DNA of 64,000 bases from Octopus vulgaris (taxonomy: Eukaryota): assembly GCA_951406725.2 (NCBI GenBank), contig OX597830.1:33170001-33234000 (forward strand). The letters run 5' to 3'. The notes under the pieces were generated by a model. That model had not been told where the DNA came from, did not search any database, and worked only from the letters and a program-made list of their open reading frames with translations. The position numbers and the translations under genes were made by a program. Every line of letters begins with the position of its first letter. Position 1 is the stretch's first letter. Positions 28,826 through 41,706 of this stretch are shown piece by piece.

Positions 28826-28968
28826 ATGTTTTCAAGTTTTGGCACAAGGCCAGCAATTTCAGCAGCTGAAGTTAGTTGATTACAATACCCACAGTACCCA
28901 ACTGGTACTTATTTTATCGACCCTGAAAGGATAAACAGCAAAGCCAACCTCAGTGGAATTTGAACTCT
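28826..28968 (-). mobile_element. SINE family B fragment
   Basis: CAACTGGTACTTATTTTATCGACCCTGAAAGGAT..GGAATTTGAACTC. Confidence 0.8.
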
Positions 28969-29779
28969 GGTTTATTTTTCTAGTAGGTGGTTGAAAAGAG
29001 ATAAATGAAATTAAGATACGAGTAGATAGTCATCAACATTAAGTTCAAATCTGCTTCAGTTGTTTGAGCTTTTTCTGTGTAGAATCCTTTATTCCACATT
29101 TCTTCAGTTCACCAAGCTGTCATGTACAGGAATCACTTATGTAGGAATGTCAATATCCCTTGAAGATTTATATCTCATCTTTTATTGCCATAACACTAAA
29201 ACCAATTCCAAAGTGTTTCCATGTCTAGATAACATTCATATTTTGAATATTTAAGAGAAAAATAAGTATCCTGTCCAGATGTCTCATTTATTTGTCCATA
29301 ATAGATTAAGTGATGACAAAAACAAAAAACAACAAAAAAAGTAAGAAATACTAGATAACAAATTTTCTTCAGAGAATAAATATATTATTACTTGTATTTG
29401 TACAGATGTTAAAATTTGAACATCTAGCAATATTATTTCTTGTATATTTGATTCTTAACCCAACTGGTGTAAAAATAAAACTAAAATAAACTCGTTAAAA
29501 GAAAAAGCATCAAGAAATGCTATTTGAAAACATTAAAAATGTTCTTATTTCCTAATGTTAATAATATACAGTTGCTTTGACTTAACATCTCTTTTTTTTT
29601 TTTTTTTCACAAATCTGGTACTTATTTGAACCCTGTTTCGTTTCCATTAATCAATTTTGATGTTGGAGACATCACAACAGGCTCCGACAACAACATCATT
29701 TGGGTGTAGAAAAGAGACAGACAAAAAACTGAATATGATATTGAACCAGTTTTCTCTTATTTATTTTGCATTAACTCAC

Positions 29780-29785
29780 CTGCAT
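29780..29785 (-). other. Candidate 6-nt microexon (ATGCAG)
   Basis: Minus strand tttattatcattactgttag|ATGCAG|gtgagt; consensus donor and U-rich upstream sequence. Confidence 0.25.
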
Positions 29786-29941
29786 CTAACAGTAATGATA
29801 ATAAACAGAAATGATGTTGATAATATTAAAAAAAAAACAATGATAAACAACAGCAATTGGCAACCTTGTACAGTTATCCAGAGCAGATCAGCTATGTTTG
29901 TGAACCAGGTGGATGATGCTTTGACACAAGAGCACACATAC

Positions 29942-30021
<80 letters not shown>

Positions 30022-30911
30022 GTATGTATATATATGTTGTCAAGCACAAATAACCATAAAAATTCATTTATAGCAATTGAATTTCTCTTGCTAACAAGAA
30101 TTTTCAAGCAGACAAAATTAAAGAAATATGCAACAAAGCATTCACAGAGGCTAACAAAAGCATTGGATTAGCAATTAAGATTCTCGTCTGACAAGTACGA
30201 ATTACCAATTACTTTCTTGCTTAGCCTTTCTTTCTGTCTTCCTCTTCTCTTCTATATCTGATAATATTAGCTAAGACATAAGTAAAGAAAGAAAAAGAGA
30301 GAAAACAAAAAAAAAAAAAAAGGAAAGTAAGAAGAAACACTATAAATATATAGAGAAAAAAAAACCAACAAAACAAAGCACTATAGAAAATGTTTGTCTG
30401 AAGATTCTTATCTAGCTTTTAATTAAATTAATATTCTGTACTTAGCAATCTCACTATCCAAAACATCTTTAGACCAACAAATTAGAATATATGGTCTCTT
30501 TTGTCCTCTAGATAAGTAATTTTTTCTTCTTTTACTTCTCTTTCCTTTTCTTTCTTTCATTTCTTGTTCTTGTTCTTTTTCTTGCTGCTGTTGTTGTCCT
30601 GTGCTATGAATTTACAATAAAGTATGTCTGCTTGATGAACAGTAAATTACTTGGAATTCATCATTCTATTCAGTCCGCATACAGTCTCCTCTGAGCAAGT
30701 TAATGCGCTCGTCTAGTTTCTAGAGCATAAATGTAGCTGTTTGTAGCAGGAGCTCTCATTCCCTCTTCTGTGTCTCTCTCTTCTTATATATATATATATA
30801 TATGTATGAATGTATAGATTCTATCTATCTGTCTATTTATCTACCTATCTATCTGTCTATCTATCTAACTTTATACATATATGTATGTGTGTATATATAT
30901 ATATAGATATA

Positions 30912-30968
<57 letters not shown>

Positions 30969-30980
30969 ATTCATACTTAC

Positions 30981-31101
30981 ATTCTTGGGGATCAAAGATA
31001 GTGCCAGCTGAACATTGACATTAGTGAAATGAATTCTGATTACCATCTTTGTTTCCACGTTCACTTCCACTACTTTCATTTTCATTTTCTCAACTTGATT
31101 A
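30981..31101 (-). other. Candidate 121-nt exon (alternative 27-nt form 30981-31007)
   Basis: ttttttttccttttctag|TAATCAAG..CCCCAAGAAT|gtaagtat; one open frame NQVEKMKMKVVEVNVETKMVIRIHFTNVNVQLALSLIPKN, no recognisable homology. Confidence 0.35.
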
Positions 31102-31962
31102 CTAGAAAAGGAAAAAAAATATATATATATGTATATATATATAAAACAACTACAGCACAAAACAAAGTGCAATGAAAAATGCCAAAAAAAAATATAGTAA
31201 GAATGCAAAAAGAAGTGATGTTGGGCACTGGTTAAATAGGTTATATATATGTATGTGAATGTTTGTGGGTGTATGTATGTTTGTATAATAATATCATTAG
31301 CTGTATGTTTCACTACTTATTTATTGTTCTCATTTTGTTTGTTTCTATTTTTGCTTTTTTTTTTGTCTTAGTTTTTGGTTCAATATTTTTTTTACTTTTC
31401 ATTAATTTATCTTTTTACTTCATTTTTACCAAAGGGAATATACACGATGCAGCATAGAGTCATATTGATAAAAATATCCTGAATGCTCAACATTACGTAT
31501 ACATATATATATATACATACACGTGTGTAGATGTGTGTTTGTATGAATATATATAAGCTTATACATACATACCTATATATATATATATATATGTATATAT
31601 ATTATGTATATATATATATATATAGTGTATGTAGAGAACTGTGTGTGTGTGTGTATGTGTGTGTGTGTGTGTGTATGTGTGTGTGTGTATGTGTGTGTGT
31701 GTATGTGTGTTAATTTTGTAGCTGTTTAAGTAGATTTATGATAGCTTTTCATCTATCTATTCTTTTATCTATCCATCTACTTACCTATCTACATTTATAA
31801 TCACTACACTTTTTTTTATTCTTTCCTATCATTCACCCTGTCTCTCCCTTTTGTTCTCTCTCTCTCTCTCTCTTTATCTACATTGCTCTATCTAAATCTT
31901 TCTCTCTATCCATCACTCATGTGAACACTCCCTCATATGCATGGAATGTGTATAATCAGGAA

Positions 31963-32011
<49 letters not shown>

Positions 32012-32257
32012 TGTTTATATGTGTATATGTGTATACCTATGTAAGTATGTATGTATATATATTTATATACACACATATATATATGTATATATATGGATAG
32101 ATATATGAATATATATGTACATAGACACACACACACACATACACTCATACACACACACATGTATATGTATACATGTGAGGGCATTTATCAATGCATTTTG
32201 TTTTACATCTTTGTTCCTAAATATGTGAAAGCAAGTGTGTATATTATATATATATAT

Positions 32258-32319
<62 letters not shown>

Positions 32320-32737
32320 TACTTACATATATGTATGTATATGTATATGTATAACATGTATGTAGGTATTTATATGCAATATGTATGTAGTTAAGTATAT
32401 ATAACTGCTGTAAAGACTTTTAAATGCAGCCATATATGAAGAGTATATATGCAAGGCAGAGCTAGCTAACATATGCTTTATCAAGACATATCTCCATTAA
32501 AGGTTTTCCAAAAATTAAACAAAGGATACAGAATAATTTTTCCTTTGACAAGAAAATAGTTTCTAAATATATCTCCTTCCATTGCAAATATTGAATGAAA
32601 AGTTACAAAAAGAAAAAAAAAACAACACAACACAACAAAACAAAACGAAAACAAAAACAAAACGAAAAACGGAGAAAAAGAGAATAAGAAGCAAGAAAGT
32701 GATATATTTTAACTTTAATTAAAGTAAAAACACAGGT

Positions 32738-32881
32738 GGGGGTGGGTGGGTGGAAGGGGGGAACCATTAAGAAAAAGGTGGGTGGTGGTGGTGGGGGGAG
32801 AAATAATAAATGAAGCCAAACCCCAAACACCGAAAAGAAAAGGTGACGTATTATAACGAGCTTGAGGGAGGAAGTGACTCA
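32738..32881. promoter_or_regulatory. Candidate cis-regulatory cluster: G-quadruplex, CRE-like and overlapping ETS/AP-1 motifs
   Basis: GGGGGTGGGTGGGTGGAAGGGGGG (32738-32761), TGACGTAT (32844), GGAAGTGACTCA (32870-32881). Confidence 0.3.
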
Positions 32882-33059
32882 GTGTTGCTGTTGCATATGG
32901 ACGCTAACCTTTCAACACAAAGGTTTGATCTTTATATATATATATTATTTGTGTGTGTGTGTGTGTGTGTTAGGGTGTATGGGTGTGCATGAACATGTGT
33001 GTGTGTGCACCTGATTGCAAATGTGTGCATATATATGTCTGCTTGCATTAGTATATTTT

Positions 33060-33435
<376 letters not shown>

Positions 33436-34978
33436 CATGAATTTCATACATGCAGATATAAGGAAGGCCATGAATCACTTTTACCGGCACCTCTGTTATG
33501 CTTAATATAAGCATCACAATCAGCAAAATATTTGTCATCAGAGAGTAAACCACCTACCTCATATTCATCCTCTCTACCACATCTCAAACTACTACTACTA
33601 CTACTACAACTACTACTACTACAACCACTACTACTACTACTTCTACTTCTACTACAACCACTACTACTACTACTACTATAGAATTCAAGGAGCTTGCTGA
33701 ATCAATCATTTATTGTGAATTCAAAAAGTTAATCCACCGTTCTGTATATATACTCAAGCATTTGTCTCTAAATGTATCTATGTACGTATGTATATGCATA
33801 CATACGTATGTGTGTTTATATATGTGTGTGTCTGTGTGTGTGCTTGTGTATATATATATATATTTTATATGTATATATGTATATATACAAAAATACATAT
33901 ATATATATCCATATCCACATATATATATATATGTGTGTGTGTGTGTATGTATGTATGTTTTTATCCATGTATGTAGCTATGTATCTATGTATATATATAT
34001 ATATATATAAATACATATGTGTGTGTGTGTGTACATACTCACACACTCACCACACATACCTATTTGTCCATGTATATAAGTTTATACGCATAATGCAAGT
34101 ACATTTTACATTCCCATCAGAGGTTGGCTTTGATAAATGTAATTTATGTAGGATAAAATAGCCATAATAAAACATTAAAAGAAAAATACGTCTAATAGTA
34201 ATATTAATTAGTAATGCTAGCTTTTATAGAGAAACTTTTGAGAGCAGTCATTGTTATATTACTTCTAAGTCATAAACAATGGTAATTGATATACACTATT
34301 GCATTTTACAATGCTTGAGATAGAAGTTTCCAATATTATTTCTATTGAAACAGTGTAACAAGCTTATTTACTGCATCTCAAATAATCTTATTTAATGTTT
34401 TCTGTAACAAGAGTAGTCATGGCAAATGAAACATGTAATATTACTTGGGTCACAGCACCAAAATAATCTTGCATGTCTACATGGGTGATCAAATCTCTCC
34501 CGTCTTTATATGCCCATTTGTACATTTGTACATGTTATGTATTTGATAATGAAAAGACGAATCAACTAGTGTTTGATTACAAGGCCTTTTTAGTTTCTTG
34601 ACGTCGGATTAGAAATCCATTTAATCTATCTCTTCTTATGAGTTGAAAAAAGGTTAATTCAGCAAAAAGTCTTATTATTTCTTGAAATTACTGAGTTTCT
34701 TGTCTGCTTGCATTCCAGTGTCTTTCCTTAGCTCACATCTCAAATCTCGCCAAATTGCTTGTTATTATATCTTGTGATTAATTGGTGTTTCATTTGATGC
34801 TGTTGTATCAGTCAGTCATCCGGCTGACAAGTGTACATCATTGTATGTGTGTGTGTGTGTGTGCATGTGAGTGTGTATGTATACATATAGATAAATCGCT
34901 GCACATATCTATCTTTATGGATATCTTACTATCTATCTATCTACATACACACACATATAATTATATATATATATATAC

Positions 34979-35074
<96 letters not shown>

Positions 35075-35113
35075 ATGTATATATATATATACATATATAT
35101 GTACGCATACAAG

Positions 35114-35520
35114 TGCAGCAGTGGTTGTGTGGTAAGTAGCTTGCTTCCCAACTGCATGGTTATGGGTTCAATCCAACAGCATGGCACCTTGGGCATATGT
35201 ATTCTACTATAACCTCGGGCCAACCACAACCATGTGAGTGGATTTGGTAGATAAAAACTGAAGGAAGCCTGTCGTAGATATATATATATGAATATATATA
35301 TATATGTATGTATTTATGTGTCTGAGTCCGTCCACCCACCATTGCTTGACGAGCGATGTTGGTGTGTCTACATCCGCATAACTTAGTAGTTCAGCAAATA
35401 GAGACCAATAAAATAAGTACTAGGCCTACAAAGAATAAGTACTGGGGTCGATTTGTTCCACTAAAGGTGGTGATCCAGCATGGCCATATTCAAAATGACT
35501 GAAAGAAGTAAAAGATAAAA
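35114..35520 (+). mobile_element. SINE family A, full length, diverged
   Basis: Collinear with 14863-15262. Confidence 0.88.
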
Positions 35521-35562
35521 TAGAAGGAAAAATAGATACATGTGTGTGCGTACATGTATATC

Positions 35563-35768
35563 TCTTGAGCACCACCAGCAAAAATATTTTTTCCTCTGTC
35601 TTCCCTTCTTGGGATCTTTCCTTCTCCTTGTTTCCGACGAAGAGCTCCGCTCGAAACGTTAAACCCTCCTTCCCTTCTTTCCTGAGCGTCAATAATACTT
35701 TAATTGTTCCACGTCCTCGCGTTGCTGTTTTTTTCTCTTTTTTTCTGTGTTTTCTTGTTTGGATTAAC
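35563..35768 (+). mobile_element. Short HHR-bearing PLE-like element (family H1), copy 1
   Basis: Homologous to 38800-38990; both end TGTTTGGATTAAC then (TA)n. Confidence 0.75.
35630..35664 (+). ncRNA. Minimal type I hammerhead ribozyme motif
   Basis: GTTT-CCGACGA-A-GAGC-TCC-GCTC-GAAAC-GTT-AAAC: stem I GTTT/AAAC, stem II GAGC/GCTC, palindromic AACGTT stem III; U4C core variant. Confidence 0.7.
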
Positions 35769-35793
35769 TATATATGTATATATATGATGTGTG

Positions 35794-35826
<33 letters not shown>

Positions 35827-35841
35827 ATATATATATATCTG

Positions 35842-35872
<31 letters not shown>

Positions 35873-35883
35873 ATATATATATA

Positions 35884-35933
<50 letters not shown>

Positions 35934-36166
35934 TATACATATATATACGTATATATATGTATATATATGTACATACACATATGTAAAAATTACACAATTT
36001 TAAAACAAAGAGGTTGTGATTGGTACTCAATAAATGCATCAACTTAATATATATTCAAAATAAAGTTGTTACCACGCATCACATATTATTAAGCTAAGTT
36101 TTAATTTAAGTTCATTAACCTTAACTAGTATAATTTGTTAATAATTGATATAACATGCATTACATA

Positions 36167-36305
36167 CACAGTTGTGGCTGTGTGGTAAGCAGTTTGGCAA
36201 AAGAGACAGATAGAATAAGTACTAAGAATAAGTCCTGTGGTAGATTTGTTTGACTAAAGGCAGTGCTCCAGCATGGCTGGAGTCAATACCAATTGCAACA
36301 AAAGA
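36167..36305 (+). mobile_element. SINE family A with large internal deletion
   Basis: Head GTGGCTGTGTGGTAAGCAG joined directly to GGCAAAAGAGACAGATAGAATAAGTAC. Confidence 0.75.
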
Positions 36306-36852
36306 ATGTATCAGTAAAATATGTCCAGTATATAAAGCGGTTACCATGAGACATGTTTGCATTACAATATACAAATATTATTCAATATGCACTCATTTCC
36401 ATGATGGAAAGTATAGATATTTGCAATAGACTTATACATTTCAAGTATTGCATACGTTGATTGTACAGTGTATCACAAATTAATGAACATTGTTTAAACA
36501 TTCCTTCAATGACTCATTTTTGTGAACATAAGTGAGTTGATATAGCCTTGAAATAATTTTACTGTATAAACTGTATATATGAATTCATGCATAATTATGC
36601 AGAGTTTGTATTACATTTTTGCGATGATTCTGTTTCCAGTGAGGTTTTTTTATTGCTCATCACTTCTTCCTACATGCAGCCTCAGATTGCTATATCTGTC
36701 TATCTGTCTGTCTGTCTGGTTTTGTATGTGTTGATATTATATTTATATATATATATATATATATATATTCTTTTATTGCTTTACTTGTTTGTTTCAGTTA
36801 TTTGACTGCAGCCATGCTGGAGCACCACCTGATATATATATATATATATATG

Positions 36853-37133
36853 TCACCTTGATCACCTTGACCGACCAGTCCATCAGGCGTCCATTTGACA
36901 CCGCTGGTCACAGCGTGCTGTCCACACCTCTCTGCATCGCACCTACCTCATCCACGTGTTCCCAATCGTCCTCCTGAAATTGTAACTCCGCCATCGTGGA
37001 GACCTTCCGAGTGGTCGTTTCTGCTCACGTGGGTCCACCGATTATTGGTGAGCTGGGCAACGTTTCCAGCCCATCTAAACTTGCTGCGTGTATACTCTGC
37101 GATGACATCCCTCACGTCGGACTTCTTTCTGAT
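36853..37133 (-). mobile_element. GC-rich RTE-clade LINE 3' end (distinct lineage) inserted in (TA)n
   Basis: IRKKSDVRDVIAEYTRSKFRWAGNVAQLTNNRWT..KRPLGRSPRW; repeated CAAGGTGA(T) tail. Confidence 0.82.
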
Positions 37134-37277
37134 GATCAGAAAAAAGTCATCAGATCATCATATATATATATATATATGTATATCTCCATATCTATCTATT
37201 TATCCATCTATCTCTCTCTCTCTCTTTCTTTCTCTCTCTATATATATTTACCTCTCTTTCTCTCTCTCTCTCTCTCC

Positions 37278-37488
37278 ATATATATATATATATATATACG
37301 GGAAGGTTTACGAAAATAAGCAAAAGACGAAGGCAGGTGGAGTACAAACAAACAATGTATTAGTATGGCACTCAGGAATAGAAATAAAACAAGTCTTTTA
37401 CCTTTTGAGCCTACACTCTTCGACAGAAAGATACACAGAAAAGAAACAAGGAGAGAAAAAAATTGCGTATAGGGGCTAACGATCTATC

Positions 37489-37490
<2 letters not shown>
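37278..37490 (-). mobile_element. H1-related short element with decayed HHR, flanked by (TA)n
   Basis: Minus strand CTTT-CTGTCGA-A-GAG-TGTAGG-CTC-AAAAGGTA-AAAG, then TTCCTGAGTGCCATACTAATAC resembling H1 TTCCTGAGCGTCAATAATAC. Confidence 0.55.
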
Positions 37491-37533
<43 letters not shown>

Positions 37534-38134
37534 AATAGATATTTAGATAACCCTTTCAGCTTCAATCTAGAAACTTAAAGATGAAGACACTAGTTCTGAG
37601 ATCTAATAGAAAATCTTGCCCAGAAACAGACCCTATATTAATGGGTCCATAAATGGTTCAATATGTTCTATTGAAAAAAAATCAAATCTCCTAAAATGCA
37701 TGAGAACCTCCAACAAATACATAAATTCCAGGAATGAGTTCTTTTCTGTATGTTCACATTGCAGGAAATACATCTTTTCGGAATTTTAAAATAGACCACC
37801 AGACACTTAGTAAACCATTAACATCTTGTTTACATCTGCTTGCCAATGAATCATTGTAAATGATGCTTATCTCCCTTGATTTTCTTCTCGTCTTCTTCTT
37901 CACCAGCATCTCTTAGTTAAAGATTTTCTGCACAAAAGACAACTAACAAATGGTCTTGATTTCAGCTTGATAAATAGCAAAATAAATTATTATTTTGTCC
38001 AGCAAACCTTGTGTAGCTGTATTTACAAGATTTGTGGTTTTTATTACAACAGTATATGTATATATGTGTGTGTCTGTGTGTGTGTGTGTGTGTGTATGTG
38101 TGTGTGTGTGTGCATATATCTATCTATCTATCTA

Positions 38135-38172
<38 letters not shown>

Positions 38173-38252
38173 CACACACAAACATATATATACATATACA
38201 TATGTATATATATATGTGTGTGTATTATATATATATATACATATATGTATAC

Positions 38253-38331
<79 letters not shown>

Positions 38332-38333
<2 letters not shown>

Positions 38334-38680
38334 ATGCATGGCATTGTGAAGGTAGTGGTTAGGGCATTAGTTAGTGGTTAGGGCATTCGGCTCTCAATCG
38401 TAAGGTCGTGAGTTCGATTCTCAGCAATGCATTGTGTCCCTGAGCAAGACACTTTATTCCACATTGCTCCAGTCCACTCAGCTTGCAAAAATGAGTTGTA
38501 CCTGTATTTCAAAGGGCTGGCCTTGTCACGCTTTGTGTCACGCTGAGTCTCCCTCAGAACTACGTTAGTGGTACACGTGTCTGTGGATTGCTCAATCACT
38601 TGCACGACAATTTCACAAGCAGCCTGTTCCATTGATCGTATCAGCTGAGACCCTCGTCATCGTAACTGCCGGAGTGCTCC
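38332..38680 (+). mobile_element. SINE family C, full length (tRNA head and CORE domain)
   Basis: TAGTGGTTAGGGCATTCGGC..GAGTTCGATTCTC, TTGTGTCCCTGAGCAAGACACTTTATTCCACATTGCTCCAGTCCACTCAGC; 3' part matches 44185-44360 inverted. Confidence 0.85.
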
Positions 38681-38799
38681 TGCATGACGTTCAGTCATAT
38701 AATAATATGAATAATATATATAAGCATACGTATGTATATATGCATATATATATTGTTTATATTATATAGATATATATTCAAAATGTGACCGCATGTGTA

Positions 38800-38990
38800 C
38801 CGTTGGCGATTTCTTTCCTCCGTCTTCCCTTGTTTAGATCTTTCCTTTTCCTATGTTTCTGACGAAGAGCTCCGCTTGAGACATTAAACCCTCCTTTTTT
38901 CCTTCTTTCCTGAGCGTCCAATAATACTATACTTGTTCCATGTCCTCACATTGTTGTGTTTTCTCTTTGTGTTTTCATGTTTGGATTAAC
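38800..38990 (+). mobile_element. HHR-bearing element H1, copy 2
   Basis: GTTT-CTGACGA-A-GAGC-TCC-GCTT-GAGAC-ATT-AAAC at 38855-38889: canonical CUGANGA, mutated GAAA. Confidence 0.75.
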
Positions 38991-39001
38991 TATATATATA
39001 T

Positions 39002-39690
39002 ATCATCGTTTAACGTCCGCTTTCCATGCTAGCATGGGTTGGATGGTTCAACTGGAGTCTGGGAAGCCCAAAGGCTGCATGCACAAGGCCAGTCAGATCT
39101 GGCAGTGTTTCTACAGCTGGATGCCCTTCCTAACGCCAACCACTCCGTGAGTGTAGTGGGTGCTTTTTATGTGCCACCGGCACTGGTACCACAAACTACA
39201 AAATTCCATTGATGTGGATCAATTTCGATTTGATTCGTTGATTTTGAATTGATTTTCACTTGCCTCAACAGGTCTTCACAAATAGAGTTATGAGTCCCAA
39301 GAAGGCAGGTATGCACAGGTGGACTGACTACGTCCCAGGTAGGGGCCATGGGTTATGGCCTCACTTGTCCTGCCGGGTCTTCTCACGCACAGCATACTTC
39401 CAAAGGTCTCGGTCTCTGGTCATTTCGTCAGTGAGACCTAAAATGCGAAGGTCGTATTTCACCACCTCGTCCCAGGTTTTCCTGGGTCTACCTCTTCCAC
39501 AGGTTCCCTCAACTGCTAGGATGTAGCACTTTTTCACACAACTATCTTCATCCATTTTTACCACGTGTCCATACCAACGAAGACGTTTCTCTTGCACACC
39601 ACATCTGATGCTTCTTAGGTTCAACTTTTCTCTCAAGGCACTTACATTCTGTCGGGTATGAACACTGACATTACACATCCATTGGAGCAT
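39002..39690 (-). mobile_element. RTE LINE, 5'-truncated: ORF C-terminus (39361-39690) and 3' UTR
   Basis: MLQWMCNVS..RLRWYGHVVKM..VEGTCGRGRPRKTWDEVVKYDL..DRDLWK, typical RTE C-terminus. Confidence 0.93.
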
Positions 39691-39744
39691 ATAAAAAAAA
39701 AATATATATATATATATAAATATATATATACATACATATATATA

Positions 39745-40149
39745 TACTACATAAATAACATTTTTATAAACAAAGCTTAAAGGCTATGCAAGATACAGAG
39801 AGAAAGCTACTATGGAAGGCTCATAGTATAATGACTGTATATAATATATACCATAATGATATTTATTCTCTGATTTGAAGCAACAATTTATAAATATAAA
39901 CAAATGACTGAAAAATGATGAGCTAACCTCAGGCGGAATCGAACTTACAAATCGATGCTTTCATGGCTCCTTGTGAATCTTATTGGCCAAACGCTCACCC
40001 ATCAATTTCAGTCAAATTTTAGTTAATATATACTTAAACTGTCTTGATACTATGTAAATAATATTTTATAAATAAACCCAAAAGGCTTTGCGAGTTATGG
40101 AGAGAAGGCTACTATGGAATGTTCATACTATAATAACTGTATGTAATAT
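39745..40149. repeat. Degenerate ~100-bp direct repeats around a tRNA-like segment
   Basis: 39745-39848 resembles 40048-40149; minus-strand B-box AGTTCGATTCC near 39934-39945. Confidence 0.55.
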
Positions 40150-40269
40150 CTTTATGTGTGTGTGTGTGTGTTTGCATATGAATATGTGTAAAATATAATT
40201 TGGTTCATTTGACTAATATATGGCACAATGGGCTTATTAGTATAAAATAAAACACGTTAAAATTTAATT

Positions 40270-40845
40270 AAGTGTATCAAACAATGCATGTTATGTTTGT
40301 GAATAAACTATTGAAATACGTCAGAGTCATTCTCATAGAAGCTAACGAGAATGCCTCTAACAAGTTAGTCCTTTGTTAATTGGCTTATACTTAATACCTT
40401 CTTAATTTAATTTGCTTAGGGACATGTAGAACAGAAAGAAATTAATTCTATTTAAGTTACCTAGTGGGAATTGTACTTATATGGATGATGTTTTTGTTCC
40501 AAATTATAATTTCTTAAAATTTTTATTAGTTATAACCTACCTTAGGAATTCTGAGGCTAGCAAGTGTAGTGAAGATGTTAATAAGGTTAATTAATTAACT
40601 GTTTGTTTTGGTTAAGATTGGTAATAAATCTGTAGTTATTAATGTATCCAGTAAAACTAGTTTAAGTAGTTCTGATGCTTTATACTGATAGTTGCATGTT
40701 TAGTAGACTAAGAAATTACATGTTTGTGAAACAAAGAGTAAAGTTTGTAAAGTTAATTTATATAGAAAAGAATTACTGTTTGAGGTTACTAGTAATCTTA
40801 TTTGGTGTATGATAAAGTAAGGCTTTAATATTAAAAGGTTAATTA
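40270..40845 (+). pseudogene. Decayed Penelope-like element reverse transcriptase
   Basis: Ordered motifs across frameshifts: VMFVNKLLKYVRVILIEAN (..RQ..GIPMG.N), VSPLLIGLYL (APLLADLFL), TYMDDVFVPN (YxDD at 40478-40489), LVKIGNKSVVINVSSK (..T.LYDK), NLIWCMIK*GFNIKRL (KLL.QGY). Confidence 0.65.
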
Positions 40846-41206
40846 GACAATTTAATTATAGTCTTGATTTACATAGCAACATTTTGAGTAAAATTTGAGT
40901 TTATATCAAGCTTTCAATGGTGTTGGAAACTTGAAGCTTAGAATACAGTGGAAGCAGTGCAAGATTAACTATTAAGCAAAATAATCACGTGCAAGAGAAG
41001 GGGTACCAAAGAAAATGGTAAATGGTTTATGGCACAAAAGAAATCAGTTTATACCCACTAAAACAGTATTTAAAGTGGTTTATATTATTGGAAATATTAT
41101 TTTAAAGTGTACATGGTGTCAAAGTGAGGATCTGATCAAAGATTTTGCAATTAAAGAAAAAGAAAGAGAAAGCTTTCCAAATATAAATAAAATGAAAGTA
41201 TACAAA

Positions 41207-41580
41207 AACAAGAGCACTGAAAGAGTGCAAACCTCTGTGAAGGAAATGCCACTGTCCTCTCAACGATTAGCCAGATATGATTTTTAAAATGAGAATATCT
41301 GAAATAAACTCAACTGCTCTTACAAACGATACTAAAATACTAAAAATAAACCCAACCGCTCTCAAAAACCAAATAAAAAAACAGGAAAAATAAGCCAGAA
41401 TCATTGTCCGGGACTGGATCAATCCCCAAATCTGATCAGTTTGTGCCAGTCATGAGGCTAAACATCCCTGAAAGTTTCATCCGAATCCATCCAGTGGTTC
41501 TTGAGATATTTTATACATGGACAAACAAACAAACACGACTGAAAACAATACCTCCACCTTCGCTAAGGCGGAGGTAATAA
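41207..41580 (+). mobile_element. Non-autonomous Helentron/DINE-1-like element
   Basis: Second copy of 28280; 3' hairpin TACCTCCACCTT-CGCT-AAGGCGGAGGTA, short internal (ACAA)n. Confidence 0.72.
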
Positions 41581-41634
41581 ATATTATTTTCCATCTCTCT
41601 GTTTTATGGTTTATTATTTTTTATATTATGAAAT

Positions 41635-41706
<72 letters not shown>

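Noticed and set aside
35705-35730. ACG-TCCTCG-CGT resembling the HDV ribozyme P3/L3
   Set aside because: No P1, P1.1 GG, P4 or J4/2 elements can be placed around it.
39745-41200. Possible mitochondrial insertion (AT-rich, G-skewed)
   Set aside because: No mitochondrial rRNA, tRNA or protein motif recognised; better explained in part by the PLE RT relic.
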